DNA from: Chrysomallon squamiferum
Taxonomy: Eukaryota > Animalia > Mollusca
DNA length: 64,000 bases
Direction: 5' to 3'
NCBI GenBank assembly: GCA_012295275.1
Contig: CM022672.1
Coordinates: 10,230,001-10,294,000 of the forward strand
Shown in pieces: positions 14,268 through 25,721 of the stretch; position 1 is the first letter of the stretch; each line of letters begins with the position of its first letter. Position numbers and translations under genes: made by a program. The notes below the pieces were generated by a model, which worked only from the letters and a program-made list of their open reading frames with translations, ran no database searches and was not told the origin of the DNA.

Positions 14268-15112
14268 TACAAACACAATGGCATGCTCATGCATAGACAC
14301 ACATATACACAGTTTCAAACACACTAAAAAGGAATTTATTTACTGACACAGCAGACACGCAAAAAAATTGTTTTATATTTTTATTTTATCTTCCCATGAA
14401 ACAAGGCCCAAGGATTTAAACATAAATATCTGTTTACAGCTGCATGATGATCAAACAGGATTTATTCAAATGCTTCCTTGTGTGTTAGGGAAACCCTAAT
14501 TGCTGACGGGAACAAATTTTCTCCGGGAACTGACAGTTTGTCAGAAATGACTAATTCTCAAATTATGCAACGTCGTGTAAACTGTCAACAATTTTTTTCT
14601 TAAAAAAAGAAAGAAACGAAACGAAACATCTAATACAGAAACACTAGGGAGAGAGTACACCTTTTTCTTATATAAAATTAATAGCAGTAACTGTACCAAT
14701 ATTATAAAGTATATGTAATTTTTGAAATATGCATCGACATGTAGCTGTCAACAAATAAGCGACCTATCACAGGACATATTTGACTTACAGTACTATATGA
14801 GAGTGAGTGAAAGAGCGAGTACTTGGTTTCTTGCCAATTATCCACAATTCATGTATTACATGCTTTTCTTTCCTTGAGAAGATGCAACTTATTAAAAACG
14901 GCTTATAGATGGCGCTAAAATTGTAAATTATTAGTCATTTTTGTTTCATAATATAATATTAAAAATTAAAATAATCCTGTATTTTCGAACAGTGGGTGTG
15001 AAGAAATTTCCATGAACCATATCATGCTGATTTTTAGTAGCTAGGAAATAATATAACAAGTACATTTAATATAATAGTAATTAGAACATAACGAATTACT
15101 GTTGTTACTACC

Positions 15113-15145
<33 letters not shown>

Positions 15146-15353
15146 ATAACTACTACTTCCATTATTCTCCTATCACCACTACTACTATTAATACTACTAC
15201 TACTAATAATAATGATAATACTTCAGCAGCAAGTACATAAGAAAATATTTGTCTTTTAGGCAAAATAATCCACATACGTATCCTAACTTTATTCTTGAGA
15301 TTATTTGTAACTGTAGATTTTATTATCATAATAAATTTGACTTAACATATTTA

Positions 15354-15357
<4 letters not shown>

Positions 15358-15442
<85 letters not shown>
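15358..15442. repeat. (AG)n microsatellite, representative of many (AG/CT, AC, AT, AAT, ATAC, ATAG, AAAT)n tracts in the window
   Basis: Directly visible. Other examples lie at about 13152-13206, 16395-16482, 17049-17127, 18508-18580, 34810-34895, 50055-50320 and 54020-54130. Confidence 0.98.
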
Positions 15443-15446
<4 letters not shown>

Positions 15447-15572
15447 TGGTTACTAGCCAGTTATTCACGATTATTACTACCACTACTACTATTAATATAT
15501 TAGTTGTAGTATTATTATTACTAGTGCTACATCTACTACTACTACTATTACTACTACTACTACTACTACTAC

Positions 15573-15604
<32 letters not shown>

Positions 15605-15668
15605 CCTTAGCAGCAAGTAGAAAAGGAAATATGTTTTCCTTTAAAATAACGTAATACACGAAAGGTGT

Positions 15669-15827
15669 TGACTCACGAACGATGTTTAACCTTGAGTTTA
15701 TTGTCCGGGATATCCCATATCAGTAAAATCCCACTGATATTCCCGGGAAACAGGATGTGTCTCTCTATAAAGAGAGAAGCAACGTTTTGGAATTGCACTT
15801 CGAGGGGAGGAAAACTGCAAACTACAC
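15669..15827 (+). promoter_or_regulatory. TATA promoter with AP-1, kappaB and STAT-like sites, plus a short non-coding exon 1 of the cysteine-rich gene
   Basis: TGACTCA at 15669-15675; GGGATATCCC at 15707-15716 (fits GGGRNWYYCC); TTCCCGGGAA at 15740-15749 (TTC-N4-GAA); TATAAA at 15766-15771; donor ACAC|gtatgt near 15827; acceptor aacag at 16161, 11 nt before GCCATG. Confidence 0.65.
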
Positions 15828-16172
15828 GTATGTAATTTTATCACGTTATTTTTGAGTTATAAAACTGATATAGTTTACTGTGGATATATTAAAATAATAT
15901 TATTTATTTGTGAATAATATGTAATAGGAATATATATTTTTTTCTGTCTGTATAAAATTAATATTATTTATTTGTGAGAGTATGTAATTAATATTATTTT
16001 TCTCGCTTTACAGAATAAAGATTATTAATTTATTTACTTGTTATGCTTATGCTTTAATTTCATGATTATTTTTAAAACTATTTCAACTTATTTTTTAATT
16101 AATTTATCTATTTTTTTACTTACTTTCTTACTTATTTATTTTAATGTTGTCTATTTAACAGAGAAAGAAGCC

Positions 16173-16388
16173 ATGACACCAGTACTGTTCTGTATTGTGG
16201 GACTTTTTCTCAGCTGCCAAGCGTTCACGTTTTTGGAACCGGCTGAAAAGTTTACACTAAAGTACACAGGTAAGATTAATAAACTGAAACACAATGCCGT
16301 AAATTAGTTATATCTGTATCATAGAGCGTCATACAAATACCTATAAAAGAATGGTTTTTAGCCTAGCATGCTCACTCGCACACAAACG

Positions 16389-16486
<98 letters not shown>

Positions 16487-17044
16487 GTGTGTATATATAT
16501 ATAAGTATAAGGAATTAGCACAATCCACAAACGTCAGTGACTAATGATTAACTAATATTTAACAAGTGTTAAATATGACGCCTTTCCACAGCCAGTGATG
16601 CTTATTAAGTCATGCACCATTAATTTCTGTTACTTATGTCATATGACATTAAGCATTTTCTTTCTGTTGTTTTCAATTTTCAGCCATTCAGCCTAGTATT
16701 CGAGAAGACGTGAGCAATGTAGCGGATGCTCTGATTCATTTTGCTCTAGGAGCTAACAACATAACGAAGTGAGACAATTAATTTTATGTGAATAAACTTG
16801 TTTAGGCTCTATGCAATTATTTGGATTATTGTATATTGAAACAAAGGTTGTTGCACATTCACAAATACAATACGAATTGTACTTTTCTTTTTCTTTTTTT
16901 TTTTCTTTGTTAAATATCTAATGAATATAGCAGCATGTAAATAAACATAGTGTATTTTAATCATAAATGTTTTGTTGTTGATTAAAAGAAAAATGCTGAT
17001 TTTTTATCTATTGGTTATGGTTTATGTATAGTTTCATTACTTAG

Positions 17045-17131
<87 letters not shown>

Positions 17132-17577
17132 CGTCCTATGTTGCACACTACATAGATAATGGGTTACTCCTATCGAGTTACTCCATATTTAACTATTAAT
17201 TCAGATTATTTTGTAATCAACAGTACGATGCTTATTACCCAGTTAAGTGACGTCATGTATGTTCAGCTCCATTCCCTTGTTGAGAAGCTAAACACAGAGG
17301 CTGCAGTTCCTCATATGGGTACGTGATGTTTAATTTGGTTAGGCTTGACCTAAATACTCCTGTTCATTTTTCTCTGTAAGCATGACCTATGTAGTGCATA
17401 ACTTTTATACAGAAATTCTAAATCTTTGCAATAACTGTTTGGTTAATTTTATTCTTTACGCTATTTTTGTTGTTTCAGGGAGAATTAGTTTTTATAAATT
17501 CAGCAATCTCCAAGTAAAATGTTCCGTTTGTTTATTTTATTTTATTTTATTTTATTTTATTTTATTTATTTATTTAT

Positions 17578-17611
<34 letters not shown>

Positions 17612-17856
17612 CAGTCAGTAAGAAAACTGATGGGATATGTTGTCAGTGTCACACGTGTACACGCAGATGCACTCAGTGTGGGCGGTCCTGCTGTTGTAAT
17701 GGAAGTGGTGGATGCTCGTGTTTCACGTGCATATCAAAATTTAATATCGTGAGATATTTATATCACTTATTTATTTTTAAAATAAAATTTAAGAAATAAT
17801 AAAATAAAAATTTAATAATATTAAATATTAATATATATATATATTCATTTGTTTTT

Positions 17857-17890
<34 letters not shown>

Positions 17891-17966
17891 TCTTTGAGAT
17901 TTAATAATGTTTTATATAATGTATTCAGGTATCCTATCAAAACGTTGTTATTATTACTTTTTTAAG

Positions 17967-18013
<47 letters not shown>

Positions 18014-18505
18014 TGTATTAATGTTGATTATACTTCAATATTTTTTAGTCTTCATAATTTTTCTTTTGTTTTTTTTTTATTTATTTTATTTTATTTTATT
18101 TTTTTATTATTATTACTATTTTGTTGTTGTTGTTGTTGTTGTAAACAGACGTTCGAGGCAATCAAAACACCATACAGCAGTCTTGACGGATTTGTCAGTG
18201 ACTGGGCTGCCGAAAGCAAAGAACAACTGCGGACAACGGTAAAGAGTTTCTTCAAAACGAAACTTGCTAGCTCTAACAGCCAGTGCTGTAAATGCGCTAA
18301 ATGTGCCAGTCCGTGCGAGCAGTGCCTGCTTCCTAAACTGAAGTGTTGCTGTAAAGGTGCACTGTGCGCATGCATAACTTGCCCGTTCGGCAATCTAATT
18401 ATGGTAAGTCCAGATAATGTGATATAAATATTTTACTGTAAGGTTTTGCTTAATTTAATGCGAACAATAAATTATAGTGTGTATTTTATTTAATTATGTG
18501 AATGC

Positions 18506-18581
<76 letters not shown>

Positions 18582-18984
18582 GTAGGTAGGTAGGTCAGTG
18601 GATAGACAGGTAGATGGATGAACATCGATCAATGGTTTATTATTAATACTGAAATTATTTTCGATACCTTCATCAATGATAAAAAAAAAAAAGATAGCTC
18701 GAGTTTGCTTGAAGCTTGACAAATCGCATGATCAGTATTTATAATTTATCCATAAACATATGTTTAATAGCAACAATCATTAATATTCCTGAACGTTGAA
18801 ATATTATTAAACAAATATTCATTCATTCATAGACAAATATATTAAAGGGTTTTTTTCTCTTGTTTTACTATAGGAAGCAGACAGTGTCGATTTCATCGAA
18901 AGCAGACGACGAAACATTGACGAACGTCTTACTCTTGTTGATAGTTTAATCGACAAAATCATGTTGAAACTCAGTTATAATTAA
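16173..18984 (+). CDS. Secreted cysteine-rich protein (258 aa) with two 12-Cys modules; family not recognised
   Basis: Exons 16173-16269, 16684-16768, 17224-17318, 17615-17748, 18149-18403 and 18874-18984 total 777 nt, all GT-AG, with one open frame. Signal-peptide-like start MTPVLFCIVGLFLSCQA-. Module 1 is CCQCHTCTRRCTQCGRSCCCNGSGGCSCFTC; module 2 is CCKCAKCASPCEQCLLPKLKCCCKGALCACITC. C-terminus is EADSVDFIESRRRNIDERLTLVDSLIDKIMLKLSYN*. An AATAAA lies at 19279-19284. Confidence 0.88.
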
Positions 18985-20256
18985 ACTTATCTGCAGCTTA
19001 GAAAATAACTTCACTTACTTTTTATACAATACTTTCATTTGCTGTTGTTTAAATTTCAGAAATATCTGGAAAATTTTACTTCGCATTTTAATTAATTCTT
19101 TCACGTATGTGAGTGGACGCATGCGGCTTAGATCTGCTTTCCTGTGTTCTGATTTTAATGAATTTAATAATTTTTATATTCGTTCACAAATATTTCTTCT
19201 TTATTTTATTATTTTTTTTTAAGAATATTTTAAAAATATTGTTATTGCAGAAAAGCAAACAATACAATTAACAATTTGAATAAAATTTTGTAACTCCATA
19301 TTGTTTTGATTCATTTGTTTATAACTTAAACAGAATTTTCTAGAAGCATTAATGTGTAATTAAAGGACATGATATGTGTTGTCCTGAGATCATAACAGAT
19401 TACCTGAGACTGACTGACATGTATGTCCTATAAAAACGAACTTTGATTCCTGCTAAATCAAAATATTAAAAAGGAGGAGAAAAAACCGTGGTTTATCCAT
19501 CAGAGTTATTTCAGAAGTTATCGGGATAATTTATTATTCCCTTGTTAATAAATAAATAAAACAATGTTTTGGATACATGTAATGGAATAAAATAAATGTA
19601 CCTTAAAATATTTATTTATTTATTTATTTATTTGAATTCAATATATGTATCAGTGGATAATCTGATTATTAACACATAAGCTGGAAATCTATGATATTAA
19701 CAAACAGTTATCAAAATTTGAAAACAATGAAAACCTTTCTAAATTTTAACACACACAAAGCCTTTTGGTATTGGAAAATTTCTAAAGTTATAATTCGAAT
19801 GAATGGAAATATATTAAAAGATGTTGGTTAATAAAACCCCGAGAATGTTAACTGTTAGCAACAGAAGTCTTAAATTTTAGCTGTGTTTCTGTTACCAGGT
19901 AATAGATCATTCATCTCTACTGAAAACGACAAACTAGCAGGGTTTTCGTTGTTGTTTTTGTTTTCCATTAAATTTAATAAATAATTATTGTTTAAATTGT
20001 CCAAATTTACATCCAAATAATAATTATTTTTGAATTAGCTGTCAACACATTCAAAATTATTCACAATAAACGACTTAAGAAAGGCGCATATCATTATAAA
20101 TATTGTAAATAATAAATTATGAAACAAATATAAGGGTACAGAACAATTTATTTTTTAATGACAAATTTGGAGGTAAATAAATGATTGTTTTGTTTTTTGA
20201 TTTTTTTTAAATTATCATTTCAAATTATATTATTATTATAATCATCATCATCATCA

Positions 20257-20314
<58 letters not shown>

Positions 20315-20877
20315 GGTTGATTTCACATGTGAATAATTTTTGTTTTCTTGTAAGGAAAATCAAAAATAAATGTTATTGCAATACCAGCAAAATTTTTCAG
20401 TCTCATTGAATTTACAACATAAGAGGCACCAAATTAATGAGGTCCTGAAATTTCACAAAACAGCTTTTGTTTGTCATTATTATATTGTATCATACAGTAC
20501 TATATTGTATAAGATTATCTGTATTTATGCATTCTGATTTATTTTTTTCCTGAGTCTTTTTTTTTTTTTTTTTTTTTTTTGTATTATTTTGAGTCACTTT
20601 TTATATATTTATAAAGGCAAAACTCAACTGATGTTATCATCGCCATATAAAAAACAGGCTCCAGCTTTTCCCGAGAATTTTGTTTTTATTTTTATTTATT
20701 TTGCATTACATATTAGTATATGTATATGTACATGCGTGTATCATAATAATAATTAACTTCAAGCATAAAAACGATAGTTACAAGAAGTATGGTATGAGAC
20801 ACAATATTCCGCCTACTGACGATTTCAGCCAATTGGATAACACGCCTGCGCATCACAACGGCGTCCGGTTGTCAAGA

Positions 20878-22636
20878 ATGGAGAACTACGAGGTGCATTT
20901 AGTTTAGTTTTTAAACCTAAGAACAGAATATATGTTTTGGTTAACTTTTATCGCACATGATACCTTTACTTAATTTTTTTATTGTTTACGTTATAGGTTG
21001 GCAACGTAATTAGTGTTGATGGAAAGGGCATTGTGCATTTGGCCACGAATAAAAAAGATGGCAAAACTTACGTTTTAAAAATGGTAACAGTCTTTAATCA
21101 TTTATACTCATCTTTATTCGAAAAACAACAACAACAAAATAATAAATAAATAAAATAAAAAAATAAATAAAAATAAAAAATAATAATAAGTTTAAAATTC
21201 AACAGTAATTAAGAAAATATTAATAAATAAATAATACAAGCAATAAAAAATTTACAATAAATAAATAAATAAAATACAGTTTTATCTTTACTATAAATCA
21301 TACATAAATGTATAATCCAAAAAAATATTTGTAGTGCTATATTCTCGTTCTTATATTCTTACTCTGTAGATTGAATGCCAAGATGAAAGTGCTGCCAATA
21401 CAGCTTTTCAGGAGGTAACTTTACTAACATTATTCTAAATTCTCAACTAATCTTTCACAATAATTATTATAGATTTGGAATTATTATTGGTAGTATTATG
21501 ATAAAAAAAAAAATATATAGGCTGTCTTAGTATATACATACCTTTAATTGATTGACTTTATATTTTTTATTGTTTGCTGCACTGTTAAGAATGCTTAACT
21601 TTCTAATAACTTATATTTTTCAGGCTTTGGCTTTACAGAAGTTAAATCATCCCTATATTTGTGGCTATAAAGAGTTTTTTGTCTTGTGGGATAAATCGGT
21701 TGGTATTTTTCTCTTTTATCCTATTAGGGTTAATTAATAAGCAGACAATAATTTATTTGAAGTTCCTTTTAACTTGATGAATGATAGATAATAGGATCAT
21801 TATTGCATTATAAACTTTTCTAAAGGATGTGTGTGTGTGGTTGGTGGTTTGTGAGTGTGTTTTCTAACTCTGTGGAAGCAATAGGTTTCCTTTCCTGCTA
21901 TCATCTTAATTTTTTTTTTTAAAGTGACAGATCAGTACCTAATAATTGTCAAAAAACATTCTTTAATCCAACAAAGGTGGGTGTTATTAAATGCTGTTTG
22001 CTTTTTTTGTAGTTTAGCACTAGCAGTAAAAGTTCAGGTGGTCTGTTTTTAGGGTTAATGTTTGACATGATTTTCTGTTCGCACAACTACCAACATATAT
22101 TTAAGTCTTTGTAAAGTCTTTGTGACATGTGTCACTATGATTAAAATGCTTTGTGTCAGACAAATGGATATTGTATGATATTGTTACTGTATTTTTCAGA
22201 AATGTGCAATGTTCCTGTGCATTGTTATGGATTTTTATCAAAAAGGAAACCTCAAGAAAATTATCAATGAATACCAAGAAAAGAAAGAATTAATCAGTGA
22301 AGAGGTTTGATGTTGTTAATTTATTACTGTATATAATTACATAAGAGTACTTTTTACTAATAATAGGTTTAGCAAAATAACACTTTTCACATTTATTTGG
22401 GAAGTGTTTAATGATTATTTGAACCAAGAATAGGTTTGTTCTGGTTTTAATTTCCTCATTTATATTAATTTTATAATTAATAGTAGTAGCTATTTAATAT
22501 TTTGTAACTTTGATGAGTGAATATAGCAGATTAAAACTACATTATGATGCATAAAAGTATTCATACCCAGCAAACTTTTATTAAATAAACTGGTGAAAAA
22601 TCAGTAGATATTCTTGTTACTGAAAAGCTAGATTAA

Positions 22637-22730
<94 letters not shown>

Positions 22731-25678
22731 TTCATTCATTCATTCATTCAGTTACATTTTAATGTATTTTAATGTTGTGTCTTCAAACATGCAAACCTGT
22801 CTTGTTTTGAACATAATTTCTGGGATTATATTTTTTATACTTTTTTTCCATTTTTTTTTTTATATGAATTTAAACCTTTATCCCATTATTATTAATATAT
22901 TTACTCTGTTTCTTACTACAGCAAATCCAAAAATATTTAGGTGAAATAATGGAAGCATTAATATTTGTACACTTGAAGGGAATTCTTCATAGGTTTGTAG
23001 TTAGTGTGTGATGTTGTATTTACAATTATTTTTATTTTTTTGACTTACTTTAATTAAATATGTAATGAAGATTGAAGATTTCATCTCACTGTGTTGATTT
23101 TAGTAAAGAATCTGAAATTGTTGAATAAAAGAATAATAAAAGTGTATAGGATTATCACCACATGGTTTTCCTTAGCTGGTTTAAGGGAGATAATAAATCA
23201 AAGATATTTAATACTAGTAAACATAACAGTAAAATATAAATAAGGAAGAAAATAAAAGATTATTACATACAGATTCTTTTTATATATTTTTTATTCATAC
23301 TGTTGTAATTCTTATATTTATTAAAAGCATTTTTCTTTCTGTTGCTGTTATTATTATTATAATCATTTATTTATTCATTCATTTTTTAATTCTGTTATAA
23401 TATTTTTGTTTTTGTTTGTTTGTTAATAACAGAGATTTGAACCCCAGTAATATCTTCGTCAAAGATGATGGTACATTGTGTCTTGGAGATTTCGCTGTGG
23501 CCACCATTATTGGAGATATTGTCACAAATACAAGGTGTCCAGCAGGTGAATGTTTATTCATTATTTTTACTTTTTCTGTTAATTATAACAACTTAAAGTA
23601 ATTCAGAGAAATAAAAAAATCCAATTTTGTTATTTTGTGGGTAAATGTTTAGCCATTATTTTCACTTTTTCTGTTAATTATTATTATTTAAAATATTCAG
23701 AGAACTAGAACAGTTCAGTTTTATTATTTTTATTTATAAAATATATGTGAATTATAATTTATAATTTTTTCATGAAGCTAGTTTTTCTATTCAAACAGTT
23801 TAGATTTTTGTTTGATTTAGGGTTTCAGTGTAAGTTGTAGTTTGATATTTGTATTTTTTTAATTAATCATTTAATCTATAAAATATTGTGGGTTTCTTTT
23901 GGGTTTTTTATGTATATAAATATATGGACTAAGTACATTAATCTTTCTTAACAGATTAAAATGTTAAAGACATGGAACTTTTTGTGATATAAATTCTTCT
24001 ACGACATTTTCTTTTCAGGAACTACAAATTACATGGCCCCTGAAGCTCTTGAGGGTGAATATTATGAGAGCAGTGATTTGTGGTCACTGGGATGTGTTCT
24101 GTTTGAGATGGCTACCACCAACCTGTTTCAAGAAAATGAAATAGGAGAACTGTTGAAATCTATTCCAAATGATATTGTAATTCTTGAAGAAGTCCTGGAA
24201 GATATTGCTGAGGTATTAATTTTGTTTTGAATCATAAAACTGACATTAAAGATATCAGATCCAGGCAAGCTGTGAAAAAATATTCTCAAATACATCAGCC
24301 AATATTTGAATCCAAGAATTCTCAAAACTGATATGAACATCTGTTGATTGATTCATATTAAGGCCCAATCACATATTTGATTGCCTTCATGAATGTATAT
24401 GTTTTGAATCCTGCACATTTAAATGCAGATGTATTGTTCTATCCCTTTTATTCTGTTTTAGTTTTTAATTTCAAATTAATTTGATAAAAATGATGTATAA
24501 AAATAATAAAGGCTGTGCAGATTTAGCTTACAAAAAGTTAAATATATCTAATAATCAGTAATGAAATTTACTCTGGCTGTTCTCAACTAGTGGTTTACAA
24601 TGAAACATACACTCTGATATTAAAATATGATTTCAGATTCACTTTGATTTCAGATTGTTACTTTGTAATTTGAAATCAGTATCAGTTTGTGTGGTAAGAG
24701 TCATAAAACACAAACGTATATACTGATCACATGAAAAATATAACTTGTTTGAAAATTATCTCACAGTACTTTAGTCATTTTTATCACAATTAACTATTGT
24801 ATTTTGAAAAAGATAATTTTACTTTTCTATCTTTATTTCTTAATTTTCATTTATTTATTTTATTATTTGTTTAATTTTCATTGGTATGTACATGCGTGTT
24901 CTGGGTTCAACTGAAGTTTTTCATTTTTGTAGAATTATTCGTGTGAAATGGTGAAAACACTGCGGTCCATGCTGAAACCAGATGTTGAAGTGAGAATGTC
25001 ACCAATGTGAGTGTAAATTTCAGTAATGTTTTCTAAAATAATAACCTTTTTATAATAAACTATAATGCATTGTTATTATTTTTTCCAAAACCTCATCCAC
25101 AAAAACAACTACCATGCATCAATTTATCCTTTTGTTTGTAGTTTCTTGATATACTACATTCATAATGAAATAAACTGTTAATGTAAATGATTTTAAAGCT
25201 AATATTTTAAAAAAATGAAAGAAAAAGAAAAAAATACAATATAAATTATATTTATTCTGCAAAGTGCTGTAGTAATTAACAAAATGTGTGGATTTTACTT
25301 AGAGTTTTTAATTATGTAGGTATGACTTGTAAAAATAGTAAATAGAGAACAAAATTAGTAATGCATTGTGTGTTAGTGTTCTTCAGCTCTTTTTTATCAC
25401 CAGATGGTTGAGAGATCAGCATGTAAGTAAAATGACTTGCAATAATTAAAAAAAAACTGATTAACATTTATAATGTGTAATTTACAGAGAAGTCGCCAAG
25501 AATTCTCCCTACATACGCAAATGCTTGGAAGTCAGTGATTCCACAGTGTTAGAAAAGAGAAAAAGACGTCTTCTCTTCAATGATCGATGTAGTAAGTACT
25601 CTAAATTAGTAGATAATTAGACTTAGGAGTATTAGAAATTATCACACAATTTAAGATACATATTATTTTATTTAATTT

Positions 25679-25721
<43 letters not shown>

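Noticed and set aside
14485-14499. TTAGGG...CCCTAA as a telomeric fusion relic
   Set aside because: Only one unit on each side; better explained by chance or a kappaB-like site.
17519-17752. ORF-track peptide ...YVVSVTRVHADALSVGG... and the antisense ORF 18091-18393
   Set aside because: These are wrong-frame or wrong-strand shadows of the Cys-module exons; splice phases require the Cys-rich frame.
17615-18403. Calling the cysteine-rich gene a metallothionein
   Set aside because: It has a signal peptide, long Cys-free regions and aromatic residues, and no MRE in the proximal promoter. Metal binding is kept only as an alternative hypothesis.
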